A DNA stretch of 64,000 nucleotides from Octopus sinensis (GCF_006345805.1 NC_043006.1:21328001-21392000), one strand, 5' to 3'. Positions 38,763 through 53,244 are shown, counted from the stretch's first letter. Notes: generated by a model not told the origin, from the sequence alone. Numbers and translations are program-made.

Positions 38763-39812
38763 CTCTTAATATCAAGAAACTATGTACGGTGAACCCACAC
38801 AACGAAGGACTTCTTGCACTCAAACTCTTCCGAGACCTTCGACCAAATCAGCAACCTGACACCGCCACAATTCTTCGTCTGGCTGCTTCTTGTTTGCGGG
38901 GGCATTTTTACCGACAGACTCGTGTGGGTGGCCATGGGAACGAGAATGGTCCCCAACTATGCGAAACTGTACGTTCGCTACGTTGAGGCCAAATATTCTC
39001 ACGATTCACCAGTCCCACTCCTGGACTGTACGGTCTTTATATTGATTACTGTATCAGTGCAACCTCACTTTTGCACGAACAACCAGAATCCTTCTTCTCT
39101 TTCTCCAATCCTTCCATCCTGCCCTCAAATTCTCCTGCACTATTTCCAACACTTCCGTCACATTTCCCCGACATTTCGGTCAATATACATCACTCCGCTC
39201 TCCTTACCTCCATCCACTACAAACACAGCGACTCACACTTATCTTAACTACTCCTCCTCCCACCCTACCCACACCAGCATCCTCACAGGCACCGATCATC
39301 CTACTTTATCATATCACCAACTCCTTTACCTGCCATTCTACCAATGTCATTTACTGCCAGTTTAGCCAATAAAAGCACACGCACTATATATTTGGTGTTA
39401 AATTAAATACAAAAATAATAAGTAGGTATAAACACATAAACAAAATAAATAAAAACAGATTACATGAAAGTGTATAAACAGGGGATTCAGATAATACAGG
39501 CACTCCCCCCCACACACACACACACATGCACTTACTAAACATAGACACACATCGGGGTATACGCACGCACAAATAAAGACACATACAATAGGAATACAAA
39601 ATACAAAATGGTTGACCGTTAGTAAGGAGAGATACACAAATAAGAAAGAAGAAAACAAAGGACCGCTGATGAGGTCACAGAAGTGTGACGAAAGAACTCT
39701 AGCCGAAATAAGATTAATGTAAAAAATAAATAAAGATGAAGCAAATAACACCAAATATATAGTGCGTGTGTTTTTATTGGCTAACCTGGCAACATGACCA
39801 TCCCTAAATACA
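38758..39812 (+). mobile_element. Truncated Penelope-like element (RT fragment, GIY-YIG start, terminal repeat)
   Basis: FTLNIKKLCTVNPHNEGLLALKLF...HFYRQT and VAMGTRMVPNYAKLYVRYVE are PLE RT motifs; TNVIYC near 39340; hammerhead relic at 39666-39693; flanked by (TA)n on both sides. Confidence 0.85.
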
Positions 39813-40057
39813 ACAATATATATATATATATATATATTTGGTAATTAGATATTGACTATAACTGAGATTAGGATATTCGTGAGTTTATTATGTTTTTTTA
39901 AAAAGCGATATTATATCTTAATAGATAAATACATTTTTCCATCTATTTTTTTTACCTTAAAAATTAATATTTAACATAATAATTGTGTTGTATGACATAA
40001 TCATAACGTTTAAAGTTTCTAATTTGATAATAGAGTTTTTTATTAGAAAAATTATTA

Positions 40058-40353
40058 AGGATGAAAGGCAAAGTTGACCTCGGCGGAATTTGAACTCAGA
40101 ACGTAGCGGCAGACGAAATACCTATTTCTTTACTACCCACAAGGGGCTGAACACAGAGGGGACAAACAAGGACAGACAAACGGATTAAGTCGATTATATC
40201 GACCCCAGTGAGTAACTGATGCTTAATTTATCGACCCCGAAAGGATGAAAGGCAAAGTTGACCTCGGCGGAATTTGAACTCAGAACGTAACGGCAGACGA
40301 AATACCGCAAAGCATTTCACCCGGCGTGCTAAAGTTTCTGCCAGCTCGCCGCC
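40058..40353 (-). mobile_element. SINE family B, full copy plus adjacent partial copy
   Basis: Full copy at 40123-40353, partial at 40058-40122. Confidence 0.85.
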
Positions 40354-41699
40354 TTTCATCCATATATATATTGAATGCCAAAAGATTGAGATTTACGTAA
40401 TCACCTTCATTAGTTTGCACTTTCTACTATTAGACGTTGCACAAGCACTCAGCTCTGAGTTCACTGCTTCTCATAGCAGAAACTGTTGTTAGCTAATGAA
40501 CGTGGATACGTAGCTCCTGTATTTTTTTCATTAATTAATTTTTAAAAATAATTAATTAATATTATGCTCCCCACTCGTCCAACAGTTTAGTGTAAAGCAT
40601 ATGCATACTGCGTTCTAAAAACTGGTGATTAGTATCTCTACGTCCAAGTGAAATCATAATATATGTATATGTATGTTTGTATATGAGTTTGTGTGCGTGT
40701 TTCTATGTGCGTACGTCTTTGTGTGCGTAATACATACATATATAAACGTATGCATACACACACACCCATCACACACTCACATACATACGTACACATACTT
40801 GATTAATTTTTTTTTCATGTATTTCACAAAATAATTACATACTGCCCGTCTCATTAGACGCTACAGCTGATACAACGTACCCCTTAATTAGCAAATTATT
40901 GATAATTTCTCAACGCATTATCAGCGATTAATTCTAAAGACATCTAATTTAGAGCAAGATATTTACACTTTAACAAACTTTGTACTCAACAAGTGGGTGT
41001 GTTCTCTTGTAACTCTCCACATAGCCTGGTTGTATTTCATCTACCTGTGCTCCATTTCAATTATTTTGCCTAATCCTTACTATTTGTGCCCTCCACTAAA
41101 TAACACTATATACTAAGATGCTCACTGGTCGACCCAGACTACATTATATCCACACAGAGAGACCTTATGATGATTTTCTTTACCTTCTCTGTTTAACACT
41201 AATTTGTATGTGAAATGCTTCTCAGAAGTATCACATATTGTTGTGACTCTTCTATTAAACATGCACTTTCTGAATAATGCAATAAGAGTGATGAACTTTT
41301 ATATAAATATAACGATAACCAAGAAACAACTATAAGCAGAGTCATCTACATCACCATCAGTGCTGCTATTTGCTTCTGGCTTATCTCTGCTTTTCGTGAA
41401 GAGGAGTTGTGTAAGTTTATAGTTCGTGTAGTAAGCTTACATTTTTTTGGATTTCCTGTAATTCAGGCCATCACATGGTCCGAGTAGACAAAATTGAACA
41501 GTCACTCTGACTCACGGAGCTAGCACTTGCGGATAGTCACCTCCGCCCCGATGGCAGTGAGCAGAGATATGGTTCGGGGGCCGAGAACTCCGGCGGTCTA
41601 AACTGCCACAGTTTCGACCATAAACCTGTCGGCGAGCAATCGATACCACTGTATTCATGGCAGTACTGATTCCATCTGTTTTGAATACATTTGCCATTG

Positions 41700-42698
41700 T
41701 TTAGATATTCGCAACTGTCGATGATGAATTCAACCCCAGATATCAATGCAAAAGACCCTGGAACAACGGATTTGAGGCATCATCTTTGTCGATGATGTTG
41801 CTCTTGTTGACCATACAGAAGGAACCTTGAAGTGCCTCACGTCCGGCTTCGCAGAGGCTGTGCAGCTCTTTGTGTTAGAAGGCAACTTAAAGAAGACGAA
41901 GATATTGCACCAGCCTGCACACTGGGAAGAGTACCGCCCACCCCTCATCAACATTAATGTGACTGAATTGAAAACAGTTCATCGGCTCACCTACCTGGAG
42001 TGCACCATCATATAGGATACCGAGATCGACGGGGAAATCTATCACAGTCTAGTAATGGTGAACAGTAACTTTTGGAAGACTTTTCAAACGCATATGTAAC
42101 AATAAAGGCCTGATAAAAGCACCATGACCAACGTGTACAGAGCCATTGTCCTTACAACCCTCCTATATGACTCAGAATCGTGGGTCATTTATCTCCACCA
42201 TTCACGACTCCTCGAGAGCTTCCACGTCATCCTCAACATCTATTGGAGTGACCTCGTCTCCAAAATTGAAGTCCTAAAGCAGACAGAGGTCACCAGCATT
42301 GAGGCCATATTTCTGAGGCCAAGATAGAACATGTTGTACGGCGAACTCTCCATCGGCACCAAAGAAGCGATACAGGGATTGTTCGAAAAAAATCCCTTCT
42401 AGCTTGTCACATCGACCATCGCCAATGGTCAGCCTTAGCCGAGGACCGTGACAACTGGCGTTTCACCATCAAGCACGATGTCTCGTCAATCGAAAACACC
42501 TGCAGGGCTACTCTCAAGGACAAAAGTCGCAAGAAGAAGAACCTCAACACGACGTCATAAATTTCTGACCAAACTTTCAATTGCAGCCACTTCGCCCGTG
42601 TCTGCTTGTCCCGCATTGGCCTTGTCGTCCACAAGTGTACCGGCAAAACAACATGGACCAACTCCTTCTTAATCATCGTTCGTGAAGCCAAGCCAAGA
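41700..42698 (+). mobile_element. 5'-truncated RTE-clade (BovB-like) LINE
   Basis: KTLEQRI*GIIFVDDVALVDHT...KKTKILHQPAHWEEYRPP..TYLECTI and VYRAIVLTTLLYDSESWV; 3' gaagccaagccaag followed by (TCTA)n. Confidence 0.9.
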
Positions 42699-42710
42699 GA
42701 TTTATTATAC

Positions 42711-42711
<1 letters not shown>

Positions 42712-42802
<91 letters not shown>

Positions 42803-42836
42803 GTATGTATGTATGTATCTATGTACGTGTATATGT

Positions 42837-42876
<40 letters not shown>

Positions 42877-43023
42877 GGCGGTGCCCCAGCATGGCCACAG
42901 CTCGTGAGCTGAAACTAGAATCAATCAATCATATACATCGTAAAGAGAAAGAGAGTGAGAGAGGGAGGTACATATTACATATAATGTGCGTCTGGTAGGG
43001 TGTATGAATGGAAGGATATACAA

Positions 43024-43093
<70 letters not shown>

Positions 43094-43108
43094 ATATGTA
43101 TATGTATG

Positions 43109-43168
<60 letters not shown>

Positions 43169-43500
43169 ATATGTATGTATGTATGTATGAATATATATAT
43201 GTATATGTATGTATGTATGAATATATATGTATGTATGTATGTATGAATATATATGTATATGTATGTATGTATGAATATATATGTATATGTATGTATGTAT
43301 GTATGAATATATATGTATATGTATAAATAATTATGTATGCATGAATATATATGCATATGTATATATATGTATGTATGTATGAATATATATGTATATGTAT
43401 ATATATTTATGTATGCATATATGTATGTATATAATGTATATGTATATGTGTATATATTTATGTATGCATATATGTGTGTATATATGCATATCTATGTATT
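42712..43500. repeat. (TCTA)n, (CA)n, (TA)n and (TATG)n microsatellite cluster
   Basis: Seen directly; a SINE D tail remnant lies at 42875-42925. Confidence 0.9.
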
Positions 43501-43725
43501 TGTTGTAGTTATTTCATGTGGGTTAACAGCGACTTAAAAATTTCACGATTGAGTGGCTTGTTCAAAACAGCGTAGGAGAGTTGGATGTTTGATTATGTTA
43601 TATTGGCATACATAGCTAAATGGAAAAGAGCCTCCGGCAAAAGCTGTTTCAAAGACTTTTAGAGAATTTGAAGTGGAGGAGACAGAAGGAATGTATATCA
43701 CGTGGTACATAAGTGGAGCATTAAA

Positions 43726-44158
43726 GGGATCTTTTCGGTTTGAACCGCAGTTCTTAACATAATTTCTAGGTAACTAAAAATTTTCAACTTCGTATACTGG
43801 TAGACTGTGTTTATAAAACATCTTTTTCTCTTGGCTTTATTGAGAAAATTCTATAGTTTGTAAGATGTTTGGTCTTTAATTTCTTGCCTTTCGGCAATTT
43901 CAAGCAATCAGTAACGTCTATTGAGTTAAAAAGCATTCTGCGCCCTATGAATATGTCCTTCGTTTAAGAAACAGATTGGGTTTATTTACATTTGTGAAGA
44001 AAAGAAGATACCCTTCCCCCACCCCTAACCCTAACCCTAACTAACCCTAACCCTAAAAGAGATTGAAATGCAATAGATCGATTCTAGGGTCATAATTATG
44101 GGTGAAAATTTCATATGACACCACTAGAAAAAACTGCCGTTCAAACCGAAAAGATCCC
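43726..44158 (-). mobile_element. TTAGGG-bearing TIR MITE, copy 2, 6-bp TSD ATTAAA
   Basis: gggatcttttcggtttgaac...gttcaaaccgaaaagatccc; attaaa at 43720-43725 and 44159-44164; (ccctaa)n at about 44020-44056. Confidence 0.9.
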
Positions 44159-44352
44159 ATTAAAGAGAGGGTAGTTGGCTATCATTCATTTAATTAGTAG
44201 ATTTAACTAACTGCAAACAAATACTTAAAATGACGCGTATTTTACAAGTTGTTAAAGTAGTGGTGGATGAAGGACATTTTAATAGCAAAACGTTTAAGCT
44301 TGCAAACAAAACATTTTAACAGATATACCGTTGCTGGCTAACCCTCAACAGA

Positions 44353-44669
44353 GGGCGCGTGGCTTAGTGGTTAGGGCATTCGGCTCATGATCGTAAGGTT
44401 GTGAGTTCGATTCCCGGCGACGCGTTGTGTCCTTGAGCAAGACACTTTATTTCACGTTGCTCCAGTCCACTCAGCTGGCAAAAATGTGTTGTACTTGTAT
44501 TTCAAAGGGTCAGCCTTGTCACTCTCTGTGTCACGCTGATTATCCCCGAGAACTACGTTAAGGGTACACGTGTCTGTGGAATGCTCAGCCATTTGCACGT
44601 TAATTTCACGAGCAAGCTGTTCCGTTGATGGTATCAGCTGGGACCCTCGTCGTCGTAACCGGCGGAGTC
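44353..44669 (+). mobile_element. SINE family C (tRNA-Met-like CAT head, CORE-like motif, tail type 2)
   Basis: ctcatgatcgtaaggttgtgagttcgattcc resembles tRNA-Met; gtgtccttgagcaagacactt motif; tail shared with 29870-30056. Confidence 0.8.
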
Positions 44670-45174
44670 TTTGAGAACCCTCAACATCATGTACTATTTT
44701 CATTTGTTTTTCCAAAAGAATAATGAAGTTAGATATTTGAAATGAATTCGAACTTAATGGAGTTAATGACGGGGCAGATGAGTAATTCTCATGTTTTGTT
44801 TAGTTCTAATGTTTGTATTGGAAGCGAGTAAGTGGTTAGTTTGTATTAAATATATCAAAAAGAAATAAAAACTCTTTATACTTTTATCTACGGCGTAGTT
44901 CGTGAGGATTAATAATTACTAAATTAATATGTATGTAATGTGTTAAATTAAGCATGGTAATCAAGTCATTAAGATATGTTATTCTTTAAGAAGGAATAAA
45001 GAAAGCGAATACATTGAAAAATATATTAAATACATATCAACGGATTCCTAGATCTGTTAGATATGGTTTCGAATATTTATGCTTACATTCATAGCAATAA
45101 TCTACATGGGTAGATTAGAGTGGGTATCTACAAATGTCAATTTTATTTATCAATGAAGATAAGCGGGTGCATGC

Positions 45175-45730
45175 ACCAATATTGGTTTCAAATTCTGTCA
45201 CAAGGCTATCAATTTCGGAGAAGGGTATAAGTCCCCGAAAGGATGAGAATAACGTCAACCACGGCGGAATTTGAACTCAGAACGTAAAGAGGGGTGAAAC
45301 ACTGCTAAGCATTTCTCCCGGCGTGCTAACGATCCCGCCTGTTCTCCGCCTTTGCATATACCAATATAAAAAAGATTTACAAAGGTAATAAAAGGATAGG
45401 TTGAATGTCTGTCTTCAGACTGGAAATGAATAAAGGTAGTGGGTGGTTTTGAGCAGATAGTTAATTCTTGTAGATTTCAAAAGTATGATCTTCATCGTAG
45501 ATTTATTAAATGAAATAAAAATATTGGTTTCAGATTTTGGTAACAAGGCCAGCAGTTTCGAAAGAGGGTTACATTGACCCCTATACTCAACTGGTACTTC
45601 TTTTATCGACCCCGAATGGATAGAAGGCACAGTCGACCTGAGCAGAATTTTAACTCAGAGCGTAAGGACAAACGAAATAGCCGCTTTGCATTTTGCCCGG
45701 CATACTAATGATTCTTCCAGATCGGCACCT
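45175..45730 (-). mobile_element. Two older SINE family B copies
   Basis: ggcggaatttgaactcagaacg motifs at about 45265 and 45645. Confidence 0.65.
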
Positions 45731-45739
45731 TAACTGAAT

Positions 45740-48700
45740 CGGAAATATTAGAAATTGTCTAACATATTTGTTTGGGCCCTTGAGGGATTTGTGTATTAAA
45801 GATTTTAGTACTGGCAGAAGTAGAAAATTAAGTGGTTAATTTAAGTTGCGTATGCGGTAATATTTATTTTACAGTGGAAAATAGTGTATAGAATATTTCT
45901 TTCTAAGGTGGGGTAATCCTCTAATTTTATGTTAACTAATAAGGGAATAGTAGCAAAGGAAATCGAAGGGCGTTCTTCCCATCAATTTAGGAAAAGGGGA
46001 GGAACGATGCCGGAAGGAATATATTCTATTTATAGGCTGCGCTTTTAAACATAGTTTACTGGTAATTTGAAATTCTTATGCTCCCTAACTAGCCCATAGT
46101 TAGAGAAAAATTAATGTTACATGGTGTTATGTGTGTGTGCGTGCATGTGTATTTCTATGTGTCTGTATTATTTGTGAGTGCGTGGCTTGAGGGTAGGTAC
46201 TACAGTATAATAAAATTTAATAAAGAAATCAGATCTGATCTGGTATTTGTTAAATGCAAAAATCTCACTTGAGGTGTATTCATGTCAATATAGAGAGATC
46301 ACACGGAATGTGCTCTTCTTAAATATGGTACGAGTATATCAATTTGGGAGTTGTTTTCGTGTTAAGACATAAAAAATTTGCCCTAAACTTTATTTAATTA
46401 TTTTTTCTTATACAGTAAAGAATATAGGGGTTTTAAGGTTTATTCATTTTAGTAAAATGGCCATAAATTTGCAACGTAATACAAGCTATAGATAGTTTGT
46501 GGAAACAGAGTAGGAAAGGGTACCCAAAGGAAACTGAAATTTTGCAATATTATTTTATTGACTTACTTTTACATGTTTACACTTTTATCGCCTTCAAAGG
46601 ATTCTCCATTTGAAGCAATGCATCGGCCCAGACGCGTTTTCCACTGTTCGAAGTGGTCCTGGAACTCTTGCGAAGTGATGCCTTTTAACGCTTCCGTCAT
46701 TTTTTTTCTTCGCCTCTTCCACATCTGCAAAAGGACTTCTTTTGAGGACATTTATTTCATTCGGGGTAGCAAAAACAAGTCGCAGGGAGCAAGATTAGGG
46801 GAATAGAAAGGGTAGGCGGGATCATGCAATTCGGGGGTCAAATACTGTCTCACACTGAAGGTGAAGTCTGCAGGAGCATTGTCGTGATGAGACAACCACT
46901 CGCCACTTTGCCACAGGTCGGGACATTTTTGTCACACCGCATCTCGCAAATGTTTCAGAACTGCCAAGTAAAATGTCCATGAGGAACAAATTCTGTGGAC
47001 AATTCCTTTCGCATCGATGAAGCAAATCAGCATCGTTTTGACATTGGACTTCCCTTGACGCACTTTTTGGGGATGTGGTGACATTGAATGCTTCCATTGA
47101 CTTGATTGCTACTTCGTTTCCGGGTCGTGACCGTAGCACCAGTTTTCGTCACCAGTGATGTCCTTTCGAAAAAATGTCTGGTCAACTTCCAGCTGTTCTT
47201 TCAGTTCACGACACGCATTCAGCCGTGACTGCTTTTGCTCTTCCGTGAGTAAGTGAGTCACACATTTTGCTGCAACTCTTTTCATTCACAATTCCTCGCT
47301 CAAAATTCGTTGGGAGGAGACCCAGGACATGCCAATCATACCAACAAGTTCGTCAATTGTTTGGTGACGGTCCCCCAAGATCAGTTCTTGAATTTTCATG
47401 ATGCTTTCATTCGTTCGGAAGGTTGACGGTCCTGAGCAAGGTTGGTCTTCAAGCGACAAGTGACCGTTCCTAAAGTGCGAAAAACACCGGTAAACTTATG
47501 TTTTGCTCATAGCATTGTCCTCGTAAGCTGTTTGAAGCATAAGAACTGCTTCGGCCGCTGTTTCCCCTAACAGAAAACAGGATTTCATGGAAGCACGCTG
47601 TTCCTTCGTTTCGGCTATCGCAAAAATCGACTAAGCAAAGATGGACCGAGTGGAATTACGACTTCAATGGATGATACCTGTCGGCAGACTGATATCTGAG
47701 GGTCGCATCAAGTGGCAATTAGCGGCATAAGCCTGAACTACAATGGGCTTGCCCCAGTGAAGACGTTTCCGGTTACTTTTGGGTGCCTCTTCGTATATTT
47801 CGCTATTATTTAGTGTCACCACTTCTGACACACCTCCAAGCTTCGAATGTTTAATATGTTTTATATATTGGTTGAACAGTTTTAAGTTAGAGGAAACAAT
47901 CTTAAAAATTTAGGTGTAAGAAGATGACACTAGTTTGGGAAAGTGGGGTTCCTTCAGTTAATCTTATTTGGTGGGGTAGGTTATTGCTGTCTTTTAGAGA
48001 CATTATAAAGACGTAGCTGATTCTCTACTCTGATAAGAGAACGACAGAGCGTGCTAACAAAACCTTCCAACAATAGTTTCAGTTGCTGAACCTATTTAGA
48101 GCGAATCTATAGAATTCTTTTGCCAGGCGGTTTTCTGCTCGAGCGCAAGGATCGATATTTATAGAGTTAGAAATATTAGAAGTAGAAAGGGAAAAGTTGC
48201 CGCGTTGTGTAGAAAGATTAGAATATTCAGTAAATAATATATGGTCAAAATTGTAAATCGTACTGTACGAAATTTCACAATTTTTGGACCGAGCAGAGGC
48301 TGCAAAATACTTCTACAATAGTTTAGAGATGGCATCACTTTCAACGTGTGGATATGGACCCCGTACCTTGTAGATATAGACCTCGTAGATATATACCTTG
48401 CAAAAAGTTTGTTAAGCAGACCAATTGTTCTGGTTCATTTATATAGAATTTAACCACTTATTCAGAAAATTAGTTTACTTTCAATATGTATTGAGTGCTT
48501 TACTGCAGGCTATAATTATATCGTATCGAACTTTTTCAATTGAAGATAGAATATATAATGTAAAGAAGTCCTTCTTCACCAATAGCTTTATGGCAGGCTT
48601 CACAAACAGCTTATATAAAGACATTTCTAAACTCAATGTTACGTCAAGAAAGTAGACACTTTTCAAGTATTCATGAAGAGTGGCAGAAAAACAAAAGGGA

Positions 48701-48760
48701 TTTTTAAAAGCGGTTATGGGGGTTTTTTCCTAAATGAGTCTCTTAACTATGTACAAATTT
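45740..48760 (-). mobile_element. Decayed Penelope-like element interrupted by a mariner
   Basis: SVYFLDVTLSLEMSLYKLFVKP (48481-48666 ORF; cf. VNFLDVTLDL...YKPYRKP) and a KIxxFRTVR fragment. The 45740-46500 part is a weaker match. Confidence 0.55.
46511..47795 (-). mobile_element. Full-length but decayed mariner transposon (about 1.29 kb, TA TSD)
   Basis: Motifs CVTHLLTEEQK (WVPxxL), VTGDENWCYGHDPETK, PNLAPCDLFLLPRMK (YSPDLAPxD) and FEQWKTRLGRCIASNGESFEGD. Degenerate TIRs TAggaaagggtacccaaagg / reverse complement TAcgaagaggcacccaaaag. Confidence 0.9.
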
Positions 48761-49010
48761 ATAATGTATCAGTAAAACAGTCGTTTCTATGCAAACCACT
48801 ATTAATAGTATAGAATTTATCACGGTTTTTTCTCTTCGTTACGATCATTTTGAGGAAGAAACACTGCGGCAAAATTTATAAATTATTGTTAAATTTTATG
48901 ACAACATCAAATAGTTGATTGTACAATCGGTATAGGTTCTTAATCAGATGTTTCAAGCGGCGTAACAACAAACACATACACACACGCACTCACATACTAA
49001 AGTACGTATA

Positions 49011-49242
49011 AGGCGGCGAGCTAGCAGAAACGTTAGCGCGCCGGGCGAAATGCTTAGGGCTATTTCGTCTGTCGTTACGTTCTGAGTTCAAATTCCGCCG
49101 AGGTTGACTTTGCCTTTCATCCTTTCGGGGTCGCTAAATTAAGTACCAGTTACACACTGGGGTCGATGTAATCGACTTAATCCGTTTGTCTGTCGTTGTT
49201 TGTCCTCTCCATGTTTAGCCCCTTGTGGGTAGTAAAGAAATA
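49011..49242 (+). mobile_element. SINE family B, full length
   Basis: Multicopy match. Confidence 0.85.
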
Positions 49243-49584
49243 TATATGTACATATCGTCATGTACCGTGCGGTTTTGCAGCGTGCTGAAGACACTACAAA
49301 GGAAGTCTTCCCGATTAAGTGATGTTTGGAACTGCCTTCGACATCTAGAAGGCCGTTGGCTTTGTGGGAGCTCATTCATCCTTCAAGAGGTCTTGGTTTT
49401 AGTTTTGGTGGGTGCCCAGATATCCTCTACACGAAAGTATCAAGCTATTCAAAAGAGGGAGACAATTTAGTCACCAACCATCTGACTCTGAAGTAGATAG
49501 TACCGGTACTGACTCTCACGTTATAATAGTTCTCAATATGACGCTTTAATATCTAAAAGTTAGTATATTATCATTATTATTATT

Positions 49585-50532
<948 letters not shown>

Positions 50533-50561
50533 TATTATTATTATTCATATAATTATATGAT

Positions 50562-51190
50562 TGAACGCGACGCATCCTCTTCCAAGTAAGTTTTATCTTA
50601 ATAATTCTGATGCGCACTCTATACGATCTTTTTACTCTTTTGTTTTTCTCTCTTTCTTTCTCTTATTATTTTACCTCTTCTTCTCCCACTATTCTATCCC
50701 ATTACTCTGTCACTTTCTCTCTCTCATTCATCCTCCCTTGCTCACGTGGCTCCCACGTGACCATCTGCTATCTTTCTTTCTTCTCGTAACTTGTGTTTCT
50801 TTCTCTCCGTTGTAGCTGGAACAATGAAGACGTGTTCTGGTCTGTCTCCTGTCCAAGCTTGATTTACGCGTTCGCCACCACAACCTCGTTTAGGTTTAGC
50901 ATTCCCTCCTGTTTGTCTTCACTGTTTTGTTTGTGTTACCAAGTTTGACCCTACGCAAAATCCCAAATTTTATTTAATTTCTTGCTTTACAGGAGCAGCT
51001 ATTTTATCGAAAGCGTATATTGTTGTTAAATACTCAAAATAAGAGAGTAGAAAAACAGCCAACAACTGATAAAAGGTCGTTCTTTCTGTTATTTGTCTTG
51101 TTTCCCATTTGTGTCTTTCGTTGTTCGATAAAACAGCTCATATTCCATGTACTCGTACTTCGTATTTTTTGTTGTGCACGTTTTATGACG
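50562..51190 (+). mobile_element. Pyrimidine-rich PLE-terminus-like family
   Basis: Starts gaacgcgacgcatcctcttccaagtaagttttatc, like 55215. Confidence 0.5.
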
Positions 51191-51274
51191 TATGTACATG
51201 TGCATATATATGTGTGTATATATATATATATATATGAGTGTATATATATATATATATATATGTATATACGCATG

Positions 51275-51306
<32 letters not shown>

Positions 51307-51308
51307 TA

Positions 51309-51373
<65 letters not shown>

Positions 51374-51428
51374 GAAATGACGTAATCAGAAGATCGGATG
51401 GTTTGTATTTACAGATATTTATTTATAT

Positions 51429-53079
51429 AGGATCTTTTCTATTCTGAAGCCAGTTTTTTCAAATTTTTCCTACTGAACCAAACAATTTGAAACTTCGTAT
51501 ACTGGTAGAATGTGTCAAAAGTAAACTTAATTGTAAACCAGAATGAAAACGGAATTGTAACTTCTAAGTTTAACGTTGTTTAATAATTAGAATTTTAACC
51601 AATGATATTCCGTCATTCGGCCTTATTTTATTTACTCCGTCTCGACCACCAATTTCGTGACGTATTAAACATCTTAAATGTAAACAAGCGCATCCTTCTA
51701 ATCATTTAACGTACTCATGTTTCCAGGATCCTATAGTCAGCCACCTTCTAATAACAATATTTAAAACTAGTTAATAAGCCACATGTATTAAATTGAAAAT
51801 GTTTCCATTCTGTTAGTACTTGCTTTCGTTTGCTATTAAGAAGTGGCATCTCAGTGACAAGATTTCGTTTCTAAGCTAATGCGTTTCATTTCACTTATTG
51901 TATTTATTTGTGCAAAAGGCAAGAAATTTAGGCGAAGTTTCGCTTGTCGTAGCACAAGTTTTCCGTCGATTTCCGTAAAAAACTTTTATTTTTTTACATA
52001 AGTAATGAGAGCGAAAGAGACTAAGAGGAAGCGATTTTATGACGAGGGAAGTTTGTCTTTGAAGTTACCGTCTAGGGGAAACATTGATGTACATGTGTGT
52101 GTGTGTGTGTGTGTTTGATGGGGTGTGGGAGACAGTATGTTGTGTAAGTGAAGTGCTTCTGTTAGTGTGTGTGAAGAGACAGAGAGAGTAATGTGTGAAA
52201 GAGAGAGATAACTGAAATTTTTTACTCGGTGTATGTGTATATGTATGTCTGCATGTATGTGTGTGTGTATGTATCTATGTATGTATGGCCGATTCATCGT
52301 AATTACGATGACTCGGCCATACATACATACACACACACAGATACATACATACACACACATACTTACACATACATACACACACACATACATGCAGACATAC
52401 ATATACACATACACCGAGTAAAAAATTTCAGTTATCTCTCTCTTTCACACATTACTCTCTCTGTCTCTTCACACACACTAACAGAAGCACTTCACTTACA
52501 CAACATACTGTCTCCCACACCCCATCAAACACACACACACACACACATGTACATCAATGCTTCCCCTAGACGGTAACTTCAAAGACAAACTTCCCTCGTC
52601 ATAAAATCGCTTCCTCTTAGTCTCTTTCGCTCTCATTACTTATGTAAAAAAATAAAAGTTTTTTACGGAAATCGACGGAAAACTTGTGCTACGACAAGAG
52701 AAACTTCGCCGAAATTTAATATTAAAAAAGCAAAGAGCTGGCAGAAACGTTAGCACGCCGGGCGAAATGCGTAGCCGTATTTCGTCTGCCGTTACGTTCT
52801 GTGTTTGTTTACAGTTTTCCGAACGTTAGTTACGTCACAAAAGCGCTTTCTACGTCACACTAATAGAATGCCGTCAAGTTTTACACATGAAAACAAACAA
52901 TCTGATTGGTTAAAATTCGCAGTTTTAATCTACGATTAAAGTCATAAAATAGATTTTTCTCAAATAAACTAGTTCCAACCTGTGTCTTGTTTTGCTAGAC
53001 TCTATCAGCATACGAAGTTTCAGATTATTTAGTTAAGTAGAAAGATCTGTGGTCCTGGCTTCAGAATTGAAAAGATCCT
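51429..53079. mobile_element. RGGATC-TIR element, second subfamily, 6-bp TSD TTATAT, carrying a palindrome and a SINE fragment
   Basis: aggatcttttctattctgaagccag / ctggcttcagaattgaaaagatcct; ttatat at 51423-51428 and 53080-53085; aacttcgtatactggtag is shared with the 43726 copy. Confidence 0.75.
51924..52717. repeat. Spacer-less 794-bp palindrome
   Basis: The arms are near-perfect reverse complements centred on cgtaa|ttacg (52302/52303). Confidence 0.92.
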
Positions 53080-53206
53080 TTATATATTACATTTTTTACA
53101 TATATATCATATCACTTAGTTCATTAGCGCTTTCTCCCATTCTAGTGGGGTTTTCAAATGAAAACCTGTATATATGTATATATGTCTGTATATATGTATA
53201 TATAAT

Positions 53207-53244
<38 letters not shown>

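Noticed and set aside
41537-41746. Minus-strand ORF with an EGF-like look (SCEYLNNGKCIQNRWNQYC..YSGIDC)
   Set aside because: The cysteine spacing is incomplete, half of it is the antisense of the RTE RT region, and there are no convincing splice sites. A tBLASTn hit to a LamG-EGF protein would reopen it.
51045-51110. CTGATAA/CTGATGA motif in the pyrimidine-rich family as a hammerhead
   Set aside because: No closing stem II plus GAAA was found in any of the copies.
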